DNA of 64,000 nt from positions 41,292,001-41,356,000 of the forward strand of contig OZ024748.1 in the NCBI GenBank assembly GCA_964016885.1, written 5' to 3'. The position numbers and the translations under genes are program-made. The stretch comes from Eledone cirrhosa. Taxonomy: Eukaryota. Below are positions 1 through 15,568 of the stretch, piece by piece. A model generated the notes under the pieces. That model did not search any database. It was not told where the DNA came from and saw nothing but the letters and a program-made list of their open reading frames with translations. Every line of letters starts with the position of its first letter. Position 1 is the first letter of the stretch.

Positions 1-3000
1 ACAACACAAGCAAATCTCTCCTATATATATTCACACATGACAACACAACCAAATCTCTCCTATATATAGTCACACATCACAACACAAGCAAATCTCTCTC
101 CTATATATAGTCACACATCACAACACAACTAAATCTCTCCTATATATAGTCACACATCACTACACAACCAAATCTCTCCTATATATAGTCACACGGCACA
201 ACACAACGAAATCTCTCCTATATATAGTCACACATCACAACACAACCAAATCTCTCCTATATATAGTCACACATCACAACACAACCAAATCTCTCCTATA
301 TATAGTCACACATCACAACACAACCAAATCTCTCCTATATATAGTCACACATCACAACACAAGCAAATATCTTCTATATATAGTCACACATGACAACACA
401 ACCAAATCTCTCCTATATATAGTCACACATCACAACACAACCAAATCTCTCTCCTATATATAGTCACACATCACAACACAACTAAATCTCTCCTATATAT
501 AGTCACACATCACTACACAACCAAATCTCTCCTATATATAGTCACACAGCACAACACAACGAAATCTCTCCTATATATAGTCACACATCACAACACAACC
601 AAATCTCTCCTATATATAGTCACACATCACAACACAACCAAATCTCTCCTATATATAGTCACACATCACAATTCAACCAAATCTCTCCTATATATAGTCA
701 CACATCACAACACAACCAAATCTCTCCTATATATAGTCACACATCACAACACAACCAAATCTCTCCTATATATAGTCACACATCACAACACATCCAAATC
801 TCTCCTATATTTAGTCACACATCACAACACAACCAAATCTCTCCTATATATAGTCACACATCACGACACAACCAAATCTCTCCTATATATAGTCACACAT
901 CACAACACAACCAAATCTCTCCTATATATAGTCACACATCACAACACAACCAAATCTCTCCTATATATAGTCACACATCACAACACAACCTGATCTCTCT
1001 CCTATATATAGTCACATATCACAACACAACCAAATCTCTCCTATATATAGTCACACATCACAACACAACCAAATCTTTCCTATATATAGTCACACATCAC
1101 AACACAACCAAATCCCTCTCCTATATATAGTCACACATCACAACACAACCAAATCTCTCCTATATATAGTCTCACATCACAACACAACCAAATTTCTCCT
1201 ATATATAGTCACACATGACAACACAATCAAATCTCTCCTATATATAGTCACACATCACAACACAACCAAATCTCTCTCCTATATATAGTCACACATCACA
1301 ACACAACCAAATCTCTCCTATATATAGTCACACATCACAACACAACCTGATCTCTCTCCTATATATAATCACACATCACAACACAACCAAATATCTCCTA
1401 TATATAGTCACACATCATAACACAACCAAATCTCTCCTATATATAGTCACACATGACAACACAACCAAATCTCTCCTATATATAGTCACACATCACAACA
1501 CAACCAAATCTCTCCTATATATAGTCACACATGACAACACAACCAAATCTCTCCTATATATAGTCACACAACACAACACAACCTGATCTCTCTCCTATAT
1601 ATAGTCACACATCACAACACGACCAAATCTCTCTCCTATATATAGTCACACATCACAACACAACCAAATCTCTCCTATATATAGTCACACATCACAACAC
1701 AACGAAATCTCTCCTATATATAGTCACACATCATAAAACAACCAAATCTCTCCTATATATAGTCACACATCACAACACAACCAAATCTCTCCAATATATA
1801 GTCACACATCACAACACATCCAAATCTCTCCTATATATAGTCACACATCACAACACAACCAAATCTCTCCTCTATATAGTCACACATCACAACACAACCA
1901 AATCTCTCCTATATATAGTCACACATCACAACACAACCTGATATCTCTCCTATATATAGTCACACATCACAACACAACCAAATCTCTCCTATATATAGTC
2001 ACACATCACAACACAACCAAATCTCTCTCCTATATATAGTCACACATCACAACACAACCAAATCTCTCCTATATATAGTCACACATCACAACACAACCTG
2101 ATCTCTCTCCTATATATAGTCACACATCACAACACAACCAAATCTCTCCTATATATAGTCACACATCACAACACAACCAAATCTCTCTCCTATATATAGT
2201 CACACACCACAACACAACCAAATCTCTCCTATATATAGTCACACATCACAACACAACCAAATCTCTCTCCTATATATAGTCACACATCACAACACAACCA
2301 AATCTTTCCTATATGTAGTCACACATCACAACACACCCAAATCTCTCTCCTATATATAGTCACACATCACAACACAACCAAATCTCTCCTATATATAGTC
2401 ACACATCACAACACAACCTGATCTCTCTCCTATATATAGTCACACATCACAACACAACCAAATCTCTCCTATATATAGTCACACATCACAACACAACCAA
2501 ATCTCTCTCCTATATATAGTCACACACCACAACACAACCAAATCTCTCCTATATATAGTCACACATCACAACACAACCTGATCTCTCTCCTATATATAGT
2601 GACACATCACAACACAACCAAATCTCTCCTATATATAGTCACACATGACAACACAACCAAATCTCTCCTATATATAGTCACACATCACAACACAACCAAA
2701 TCTCTCTCCTATATATAGTCACACAGCACAACACAACGAAATCTCTCCTATATATAGTCACACATCACAACACAACCAAATCTCTCCTATATATAGTCAC
2801 ACATCACAACACAACCAAATTTCTCCTATATATAGTAACACATCACAGCACAACCAAATCTCTCCTATATATAGTCACACATCACAACACAACCAAATCT
2901 CTCTCCTATATATAGTCACACATCACAACACAACCAAATCTCTCCTATATATAGTCACACATCACAACACAACCAAATCTCTCCTATATATAGTCACACA

Positions 3001-6000
3001 TCACAACACAACCAAATCTCTCCTATATATAGTCACACATCACAGCACAACCAAATCTCTCCTATATATAGTCACACATCACAACACAACCAAATCTCTC
3101 CTATATATAGTCACACATCACAACACAACCAAATCTCTCCTATATATAGTCAAACATCACAACACAACAAAATCTATCCTATATATAGTCACACATCACA
3201 ACACAACCAAATCTCTCCTATATATAGTCACACATCACCACACAACCAAATCTCTCCTATATATAGTCACACATCATAACACAACCAAATCTCTCCTATA
3301 TATAGTCACACATCACAACACAACCAAATCTCTCCTATATATAGTCACACATCACAACACAAGCAAATCTCTCCTATATATAGTCACACATGACAACACA
3401 ACCAAATCTCTCCTATATATAGTCACACATCACAACACAAGCAAATCTCTCCTATATATAGTCACACATGACAACACAACCAAATCTCTCCTATATATAG
3501 TCACACATCACCACACAACCAAATCTCTCTCCTATATATAGTGACACATCACAACACAACCAAATCTCTCCTATATATAGTCACACATCACAACACAAGC
3601 AAATCTCTCCTATATATAGTCACACATGACAACACAACCAAATCTCTCCTATATATAGTCACACATCACAACACAACCAAATCTCTCTCCTATATATAGT
3701 CACACAGCACAACACAACGAAATCTCTCCTATATATAGTCACACATCACAACACAACCAAATCTCTCCTATATATAGTCACACATCACAACACAACCAAA
3801 TTTCTCCTATATATAGTCACACATCACAGCACGACCAAATCTCTCCTATATATAGTCACACATCACAACACAACCAAATCTCTCTCCTATATATAGTCAC
3901 ACATCACAACACAACCAAATCTCTCCTATATATAGTCACACATCACAACACAACCAAATCTCTCCTATATATAGTCACACATCACAACACAACCAAATCT
4001 CTCCTATATATAGTCACACATCACAATACAACCAAATCTCTCCTATATATAGTCACACATCACAACACAAGCAAATCTCTCCTATATATAGTCACACATC
4101 ACAACACAACCAAATCTCTCCTATATATAGTCAAACATCACAACACAACAAAATCTCTCCTATATATAGTCACACATCACAACACAACCAAATCTCTCCT
4201 ATATATAGTCACACATCACCACACAACCAAATCTCTCCTATATATAGTCACACATCATAACACAACCAAATCTCTCCTATATATAGTCACACATCACAAC
4301 ACAACCAAATCTCTCCTATATATAGTCACACATCACAACACAAGCAAATCTCTCCTATATATAGTCACACATGACAACACAACCAAATCTCTCCTATATA
4401 TAGTCACACATCACAACACAAGCAAATCTCTCCTATATATAGTCACACATGACAACACAACCAAATCTCTCCTATATATAGTCACACATCACCACACAAC
4501 CAAATCTCTCCTATATATAGTCACACATCATAACACAACCAAATCTCTCCTATATATAGTCACACAGCACAACACAACGAAATCTCGCCTATATATAGTC
4601 ACACATCACAACACAACCAAATCTCTCCTATATATAGTCACACATCACCACACAACCAAATCTCTCCTATATATAGTCACACATCATAACACAACCAAAT
4701 CTCTCCTATATATAGTCACACATCACAACACAACCAAATCTCTCCTATATATAGTCACACATCACAACACAAGCAAATCTCTCCTATATATATTCACACA
4801 TGACAACACAACCAAATCTCTCCTATATATAGTCACACATCACAACACAAGCAAATCTCTCTCCTATATATAGTCACACATCACAACACAACTAAATCTC
4901 TCCTATATATAGTCACACATCACTACACAACCAAATCTCTCCTATATATAGTCACACGGCACAACACAACGAAATCTCTCCTATATATAGTCACACATCA
5001 CAACACAACCAAATCTCTCCTATATATAGTCACACATCACAACACAACCAAATCTCTCCTATATATAGTCACACATCACAACACAACCAAATCTCTCCTA
5101 TATATAGTCACACATCACAACACAAGCAAATATCTTCTATATATAGTCACACATGACAACACAACCAAATCTCTCCTATATATAGTCACACATCACAACA
5201 CAACCAAATCTCTCTCCTATATATAGTCACACATCACAACACAACTAAATCTCTCCTATATATAGTCACACATCACTACACAACCAAATCTCTCCTATAT
5301 ATAGTCACACAGCACAACACAACGAAATCTCTCCTATATATAGTCACACATCACAACACAACCAAATCTCTCCTATATATAGTCACACATCACAACACAA
5401 CCAAATCTCTCCTATATATAGTCACACATCACAATTCAACCAAATCTCTCCTATATATAGTCACACATCACAACACAACCAAATATCTCCTATATATAGT
5501 CACACATCACAACACAACCAAATCTCTCTCCTATATATAGTCACACATCACAACACAACCAAATCTCTCCTATATATAGTCACACATCACAGCACAACCA
5601 AATCTCTCCTATATATAGTCACACATCACAAAACAACCAAATCTCTCTCCTATATATAGTCACACATCACAACACAACCAAATCTCTGCTATATATAGTC
5701 ACACATCACAACACAACCAAATCTCTCCTATATATAGTCACACATCACAATACAACCAAATCTCTCCTATATATAGTCACACATCACAACACAAGCAAAT
5801 CTCTCCTATATATAGTCACACATCACAACACAACCAAATCTCTCCTATATATAGTCAAACATCACAACACAACAAAATCTCTCCTATATATAGTCACACA
5901 TCACAACACAACCAAATCTCTCCTGTATATAGTCACACATCACCACACAACCAAATCTCTCCTATATATAGTCACACATCATAACACAACCAAATCTCTC

Positions 6001-9000
6001 CTATATATAGTCACACATCACAACACAACCAAATCTCTCCTATATATAGTCACACATCACAACACAAGCAAATCTCTCCTATATATAGTCACACATGACA
6101 ACACAACCAAATCTCTCCTATATATAGTCACACATCACAACACAAGCAAATCTCTCCTATATATAGTCACACATGACAACACAACCAAATCTCTCCTATA
6201 TATAGTCACACATCACCACACAACCAAATCTCTCCTATATATAGTCACACATCATAACACAACCAAATCTCTCCTATATATAATCACACAGCACAACACA
6301 ACGAAATCTCGCCTATATATAGTCACACATCACAACACAACCAAATCTCTCCTATATATAGTCACACATCACCACACAACCAAATCTCTCCTATATATAG
6401 TCACACATCATAACACAACCAAATCTCTCCTATATATAGTCACACATCACAACACAACCAAATCTCTCCTATATATAGTCACACATCACAACACAAGCAA
6501 ATCTCTCCTATATATATTCACACATGACAACACAACCAAATCTCTCCTATATATAGTCACACATCACAACACAAGCAAATCTCTCTCCTATATATAGTCA
6601 CACATCACAACACAACTAAATCTCTCCTATATATAGTCACACATCACTACACAACCAAATCTCTCCTATATATAGTCACACGGCACAACACAACGAAATC
6701 TCTCCTATATATAGTCACACATCACAACACAACCAAATCTCTCCTATATATAGTCACACATCACAACACAACCAAATCTCTCCTATATATAGTCACACAT
6801 CACAACACAACCAAATCTCTCCTATATATAGTCACACATCACAACACAAGCAAATATCTTCTATATATAGTCACACATGACAACACAACCAAATCTCTCC
6901 TATATATAGTCACACATCACAACACAACCAAATCTCTCTCCTATATATAGTCACACATCACAACACAACTAAATCTCTCCTATATATAGTCACACATCAC
7001 TACACAACCAAATCTCTCCTATATATAGTCACACAGCACAACACAACGAAATCTCTCCTATATATAGTCACACATCACAACACAACCAAATCTCTCCTAT
7101 ATATAGTCACACATCACAACACAACCAAATCTCTCCTATATATAGTCACACATCACAATTCAACCAAATCTCTCCTATATATAGTCACACATCACAACAC
7201 AACCAAATATCTCCTATATATAGTCACACATCACAACACAACCAAATCTCTCTCCTATATATAGTCACACATCACAACACAACCAAATCTCTCCTATATA
7301 TAGTCACACATCACAGCACAACCAAATCTCTCCTATATATAGTCACACATCACAACACAACCAAATCTCTCTCCTATATATAGTCACACATCACAACACA
7401 ACCAAATCTCTGCTATATATAGTCACACATCACAACACAACCAAATCTCTCCTATATATAGTCACACATCACAACACAACCAAATCTCTCTCCTATATAT
7501 AGTCACACATCACAACACAACCAAATCTCTCCTATATATAGTCACACATCACAACACAACCAAATCTCTCCTATATATAGTCACACATCACAACACAACC
7601 AAATCTCTCCTATATATAGTCACACATCACAATTCAACCAAATCTCTCCTATATATAGTCACACATCACAACACAACCAAATCTCTCCTATATATAGTCA
7701 CACATCACAACACAACCAAATCTCTCCTATATATAGTCACACATCACAACACAACCAAATCTCTCTCCTATATATAGTCACACATCACAACACAAGCAAA
7801 CCTCTCCTATATATAGTCACACATCACAACACAATCAAATCTCTCCTATATATAGTCAAACATCACAACACAACAAAATCTCTCCTATATATAGTCACAC
7901 ATCACAACACAACCAAATCTCTCCTATATATAGTCACACATCACCACACAACCAAATCTCTCCTATATATAGTCACACATCACAACACAACCAAATCTCT
8001 CCTATATATAGTCACACATCACAACACAACCAAATCTCTCCTATATATAGTCACACATCACAGCACAACCAAATCTCTCCTATATATAGTCACACATCAC
8101 AACACAACCAAATCTCTCTCCTATATATAGTCACACATCACAACACAACCAAATCTCTGCTATATATAGTCACACATCACAACACAACCAAATCTCTCCT
8201 ATATATAGTCACACATCACAACACAACCAAATCTCTCTCCTATATATAGTCACACATCACAACACAACCAAATCTCTCCTATATATAGTCACACATCACA
8301 ACACAACCAAATCTCTCCTATATATAGTCACACATCACAACACAACCAAATCTCTCCTATATATAGTCACACATCACAATTCAACCAAATCTCTCCTATA
8401 TATAGTCACACATCACAACACAACCAAATCTCTCCTATATATAGTCACACATCACAACACAACCAAATCTCTCCTATATATAGTCACACATCACAACACA
8501 ACCAAATCTCTCTCCTATATATAGTCACACATCACAACACAAGCAAACCTCTCCTATATATAGTCACACATCACAACACAATCAAATCTCTCCTATATAT
8601 AGTCAAACATCACAACACAACAAAATCTCTCCTATATATAGTCACACATCACAACACAACCAAATCTCTCCTATATATAGTCACACATCACCACACAACC
8701 AAATCTCTCCTATATATAGTCACACATCACAACACAACCAAATCTCTCCTATATATAGTCACACATCACAACACAACCAAATCTCTCCTATATATAGTCA
8801 CACATCACAACACAACCAAATCTCTCCTATATATAGTCACACATCACAATTCAACCAAATCTCTCCTATATATAGTCACACATCACAACACAACCAAATC
8901 TCTCCTATATATAGTCACACATCACAACACAACCAAATCTCTCCTATATATAGTCACACATCACAACACAACCAAATCTCTCTCCTATATATAGTCACAC

Positions 9001-12000
9001 ATCACAACACAAGCAAATCTCTCCTATATATAGTCACACATCACAACACAACCAAATCTCTCCTATATATAGTCACACATCACAACACAACCAAATCTCT
9101 CCTATATATAGTCACACATCACAACACAACCAAATCTCTCCTATATATAGTCACACATCACCACACAACCAAATCTCTCCTATATATAGTCACACATCAC
9201 AATTCAACCAAATCTCTCCTATATATAGTCACACATCACAACACAAGCAAATCTCTCCTATATATAGTCACACATCACAACACAACGAAATCTCTCCTAT
9301 ATATAGTCAAACATCACAACACAACAAAATCTCTCCTATATATAGTCACACATCACAACACAACCAAATCTCTCCTATATATAGTCACACATCACAACAC
9401 AACCAAATCTCTCCTATATATAGTCACACATCACAACACAACCAAATCTCTCCTATATATAGTCACACATCACCACACAACCAAATCTCTCCTATATATA
9501 GTCACATATCATAACACAACCAAATCTCTCCTATATATAGTCACACATCACAACACAACCAAATCTCTCCTATATATAGTCACACATCACAACACAACCA
9601 AATCTCTCCTATATATAGTCACACATCACAACACAACCAAATCTCTCCTATATATAGTCACACATCACAACACAACCAAATCTCTCCTATATATAGTCAC
9701 ACATCACAACACAACAAAATCTCTCCTATATATAGTCACACATCACAACACAACCAAATCTCTCCTATATATAGTCACACATCACCACACAACCAAATCT
9801 CTCCTATATATAGTCACATATCATAACACAACCAAATCTCTCATATATATAGTCACACATCACAACACAACCAAATCTCTCCTATATATAGTCACACATC
9901 ACAACACAACCAAATCTCTCCTATATATAGTCACACATCACAACACATCCAAATCTCTCCTATATATAATCACACATCACAACACAACCAAATCTCTCCT
10001 ATATATAGTCACACATATCAACACAACCAAATCTTTCTCCTATATATAGTCACACATCACAACACAACCTGATCTCTCTCCTATATATAGTCACACATCA
10101 CAACACAACCAAATCTCTCCTATATATAGCCACACATCACAACACATCCAAATCTCTCCTATATTTAGTCACACATCACAACACAACCAAATCTCTCCTA
10201 TATATAGTCACACATCACGACACAACCAAATCTCTCCTATATATAGTCACACATCACAACACAACCAAATCTCTCTCCTATATATAGTCACACATCACAA
10301 CACAACCAAATCTCTCCTATATATAGTCACACATCACAACACAACCTGATCTCTCTCCTATATATAATCACACATCACAACACAACCAAATCTCTCCTAT
10401 ATATAGTCACACATCATAACACAACCAAATCTCTCCTATATATAGTCACACATCACAACACAACCAAATCTCTCCTATATATAGTCACACATCACAACAC
10501 AACCAAATCTCTCCTATATATAGTCACACATCACCACACAACCAAATCTCTCCTATATATAGTCACATATCATAACACAACCAAATCTATCCTATATATA
10601 GTCACACATCACAACACAACCAAATCTCTCCTATATATAGTCACACATCACAACACAACCAAATCTCTCCTATATATAGTCACACATCACAACACAACCA
10701 AATCTCTCCTATATATAGTCACACATCACAACACAACCAAATCTCTACTATATATAGTCACACATCACAACACAACAAAATCTCTCCTATATATAGTCAC
10801 ACATCACAACACAACCAAATCTCTCCTATATATAGTCACACATCACCACACAACCAAATCTCTCCTATATATAGTCACATATCATAACACAACCAAATCT
10901 CTCCTATATATAGTCACACATCACAACACAACCAAATCTCTCCTATATATAGTCACACATCACAACACAACCAAATCTCTCCTATATATAGTCACACATC
11001 ACAACACATCCAAATCTCTCCTATATATAGTCACACATCACAACACAACCAAATCTCTCCTATATATAGTCACACATATCAACACAACCAAATCTCTCTC
11101 CTATATATAGTCACACATCACAACACAACCTGATCTCTCTCCTATATATAGTCACACATCACAACACAACCAAATCTCTCCTATATATAGCCACACATCA
11201 CAACACATCCAAATCTCTCCTATATTTAGTCACACATCACAACACAACCAAATCTCTCCTATATATAGTCACACATCACGACACAACCAAATCTCTCCTA
11301 TATATAGTCACACATCACAACACAACCAAATCACTCTCCTATATATAGTCACACATCACAACACAACCAAATCTCTCCTATATATAGTCACACATCACAA
11401 CACAACCTGATCTCTCTCCTATATATAATCACACATCACAACACAACCAAATCTCTCCTATATATAGTCACACATCATAACACAACCAAATCTCTCCTAT
11501 ATATAGTCACACATCACAACACAACCAAATCTCTCCTATATATAGTCACACATCACAACACAACCAAATCTCTCCTATATATAGTCACACATGACAACAC
11601 AACCAAATCTCTCCTATATATAGTCACACAACACAACACAACCTGATCTCTCTCCTATATATAGTCACACATCACAACACAACCAAATCTCTCCTATATA
11701 TAGTCATACATCACAACACAACCAAATCTCTCCTATATATAGTCACACATCACAACACAACGAAATCTCTTCTATATATAGTCACACATCACAAAACAAC
11801 CAAATCTCTCCTATATATAGTCACACATCACAACACAACCAAATCTCTCCAATATATAGTCACACATCACAACACATCCAAATCTCTCCTATATATAGTC
11901 ACACATCACAACACAACCAAATCTCTCCTATATATAGTCACACATCACAACTCAACCAAATCTCTCCTATATATAGTCACACATCACAACACAACCAAAT

Positions 12001-13579
12001 CTCTCCTATATATAGTCACACATCACAACACAACCAAATCTCTCCTATATATAGTCACACATCACAACACATCCAAATCTCTCCTATATAGTCACACATC
12101 ACAACACAACCTTATCTCTCTCCTATATATAGTCACACATCACAACACAACCAAATCTCTCGCCTATATATAGTCACACATCACAACACAACCAAATCTT
12201 TCCTATATATAGTCACACATCACAGCACAACCAAATCTCTCTCCTATATATAGTCACACATCACAACACAACCAAATCTCTCCTATATATAGTCACACAT
12301 CACAACACAACCAAATCTCTCATATATATAGTCACACATGACAACACAACCAAATCTCTCCTATATATAGTCACACATGACAACACAACCAAATCTCTCC
12401 TATATATAGTCACACATGACAACACAACCAAATCTCTCCTATATATAGTCACACAACACAACACAACCTGATCTCTCTCCTATATATAGTCACACATCAC
12501 AACACAACCAAATCTCTCTCCTATATATAGTCACACATCACAACACAACCAAATCTCTCCTATATATAGTCATACATCACAACACAACCAAATCTCTCCT
12601 ATATATAATCACACATCACAACACAACGAAATCTCTCCTATATATAGTCACACATCACAAAACAACCAAATCTCTCCTATATATAGTCACACATCACAAC
12701 ACAACCAAATCTCTCCTATATATAGTCACACATCACAACACAACCAAATCTCTCCTATATATAGTCACACATCACAACACATCCAAATCTCTCCTATATA
12801 GTCACACATCACAACACAACCTGATCTCTCTCCTATATATAGTCACACATCACAACACAACCAAATCTCTCTCCTATATATAGTCACACATCACAACACA
12901 ACCAAATCTTTCCTATATATAGTCACACATCACAACACAACCAAATCTCTCTCCTATATATAGTCACACATCACAACACAACCAAATCTCTCCTATATAT
13001 AGTCACACATCACAACACAACCAAATTTCTCCTATATATAGTCACACATCACAACACAACCAAATCTCTCCTATATATAGTCACACATCACAACACAACC
13101 AAATCTCTCTCCTATATATAGTCACACACCACAACACAACCAAATCTCTCCTATATATAGTCACACATCACAACACAACCAAATCTCTCCTATATATAGT
13201 CACACATCACAACACAACCAAATCTCTCCTATATATAGTCACACATCACAACACAACCAAATCTCTCCTATATATAGTCACACATCACAACACAACCAAA
13301 TCTCTCCTATATATAGTCACACATCACAACACAACCAAATCTCTCCTATATATAGTCACACATCACAACACAACCAAATCTCTCTCCTATATATAGTCAC
13401 ACATCACAACACAACCAAATCTCTCCTATATATAGTCACACATCACAACACAACCAAATCTCTCCTATATATAGTCACACATCACAACACAACCAAATCT
13501 CTCCTATATATAGTCACACATCACAACACAACCAAATCTCTCCTATATATAGTCACACATCACAACACAACCTGATCTC
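1..13579. repeat. 39-bp tandem satellite (TCACACATCACAACACAACCAAATCTCTCCTATATATAG), with 41-bp variants and higher-order blocks; runs off the left edge
   Basis: Directly visible unit, roughly 345 copies. Diagnostic variant strings recur at offsets of 1724, 747 and 1061 bp. Confidence 0.98.
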
Positions 13580-13630
13580 AGTTTGACAATCGCCACAGAG
13601 GAATGCGAGAACGTTCTCCAACCCAAGTAA
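13553..13630 (+). CDS. candidate terminal exon SHITTQPDLSLTIATEECENVLQPK*
   Basis: Follows ctctcctatatatag (pyrimidine tract + TAG) in the last satellite unit. It is the longest open frame into unique sequence and is followed by AT-rich DNA. No homology recognised. Confidence 0.35.
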   Translation, partial: SHITTQPDLSLTIATEECENVLQPK

Positions 13631-13806
13631 CCAGGAATCGCTAAAAATCTTCCCAACGAAGTTATCAAAGACCTTACTGGATCTACCGACTCATAATATT
13701 ATTATATTATAAAATTAAATCAATTTGTTTAGAACTACAAGTAAAGTCATTCTTTTCCTGTTTTTCAAATATACTTAACTGTACCAAGAATGTCACAAAT
13801 TTTCCA

Positions 13807-13837
<31 letters not shown>

Positions 13838-14060
13838 ATATAACTTAGAGTTTACACTCAATGGGGTCATTTACAATTATTTCAGCTCTAAGAATCGCTT
13901 CTGAGCAGTATAAATTAATATATGATAAACATTTACATGTTTTAGTTGCAATTGACTAAGAAAATGGTTAGAATGAAATACCTTAATTCAAATACATATA
14001 GTTTGCCTGTACGATCTAAAAAATAATAAATCAATACTCACAAACCCGTATGGGCAAAAG

Positions 14061-14154
14061 GCCTTGGGGTCCTACTCGTTCCTATATATATATATAGGAA
14101 CGAGTAGGACCCCGACGGCTTGAGCTCAGCCTTCGGGGTCCTACTCGTTCCTAT
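14061..14154. repeat. triple inverted repeat (A-A'-A) of GGGGTCCTACTCGTTCCTAT
   Basis: Copies at 14066, about 14094-14113 (reverse complement) and 14135. The two centres are a short (TA)n run and TGAGCTCA. Confidence 0.9.
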
Positions 14155-14230
14155 TACTCACTCTACTACCCTAAGTATTGAGTACTTTGGTGCGTTATGG
14201 TCCATCTGGTTCCTTACCACATTTCCTTCG

Positions 14231-14321
<91 letters not shown>

Positions 14322-14512
14322 TATGTGTGTGTCTGATGGTAGCTAAGATCCTTCCATAGGCGGTATGCCGGTTGAGCACTCTATGCTCTTACAGAGCAGA
14401 GTATGATATAATATAAAACGAAAAATCAGTGATGCATCTGAACTCAATTTATTGTGTGTTACAACTGTTTCGCGTGCAGACAGCTCGAGACACGATCATT
14501 AATTTTTCGTTT

Positions 14513-14583
<71 letters not shown>

Positions 14584-15011
14584 TGTGTGTGTGTGTGTGT
14601 GTGTGCGTGTGTGTGTTGTCCTCATTGTATTTAGTGTTGTTTACACATACCAATAATAAACTGTTACGCACCAATAATAAACTGTGTGTTCTAGGTAGCA
14701 CTGTGTCTCATAAACAGACTGTTGGTGTTGTTGTTGTTGTTGTTGTCCTTGGTGTTGTTGTTGTTTGGTTACTTCATAATTTCTTTGCACCAAAATAACC
14801 TTCCCATATATTTAAATAAATAATTAAATGCATTTAATGGTGGGTAAGATAATTAATACACACACACACACACATATATATAATGTAGGAGGTGAATTTT
14901 ATTGTAGTACAATAAAGCAATGCAGATATCGGATAAGTAGCACTCTACAGTTTGTAGGACTGGAGTATAAATAATATATAAGATCAAAAGATGGTTAAAA
15001 GAGTTCCATGC

Positions 15012-15080
15012 ATTTTATTATGCGCATTTCAAAAACAAATATCATCATGCGATGACATTTGCGTTTTCGTCAGATAAAAT
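15012..15080 (-). ncRNA. type I hammerhead ribozyme
   Basis: Reverse-complement copy of 15209-15277, core intact. Confidence 0.8.
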
Positions 15081-15208
15081 AGGGAGACATGATATGAAGG
15101 TTTAAAAACACTTGAGAATAGTGCAGTTTTAAATCAACATATGTTGATATGTTGATTTAAAACTGCACTATTCACAAGTGTTTTTTAACCTTCATATCAT
15201 GTCTCCCT

Positions 15209-15277
15209 ATTTTATCTGACGAAAACGTAAATGTCATCGCATGATGATATTTGTTTTTGAAATGCGCATAATAAAAT
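15209..15277 (+). ncRNA. type I hammerhead ribozyme
   Basis: attttat-CTGACGA-[long stem II aaatgtcatc/gatgatattt]-GAAA-tgcgca-TA-ataaaat, with palindromic stem III ATGCGCAT. Confidence 0.8.
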
Positions 15278-15308
15278 GCATGGAACTCTTTTAACCATCT
15301 TTTGATCT

Positions 15309-15340
<32 letters not shown>

Positions 15341-15396
15341 TAATTATAATGAAATGACAGGAGGCTGGATTTGTGTAAATCCTTGAAAGGTTTATT

Positions 15397-15454
15397 ATAC
15401 TATGATCATTTCAATGACCGGGTTCCGTATGAATCCGGTGATATCATCAGGTAT
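15397..15454 (-). ncRNA. type I hammerhead ribozyme in a pLTR fragment
   Basis: Minus strand reads atac-CTGATGA-tatcaccggattc atacg gaacccggtcatt-GAAA-tgatca-TA-gtat. Confidence 0.8.
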
Positions 15455-15568
15455 TCGAAATATAATACGTGAATGTAATAGGTAAAAACCAGCTCTATAC
15501 AGTGGTGAACCTCAAACCTGAATATATATATATATATATATAATTAATTCTGGCAATATTACACAAAT

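Larger units (their letters stand above)
14975..15314. mobile_element. ~340-bp palindrome: head-to-head Penelope-type pseudo-LTR fragments in (TA)n
   Basis: The arms are near-perfect reverse complements and each carries a hammerhead. Confidence 0.8.

Noticed and set aside
1-13579. CRISPR-like or telomeric interpretation of the arrays
   Set aside because: There are no unique spacers, no cas genes and no TTAGGG-type unit, and the context is eukaryotic.
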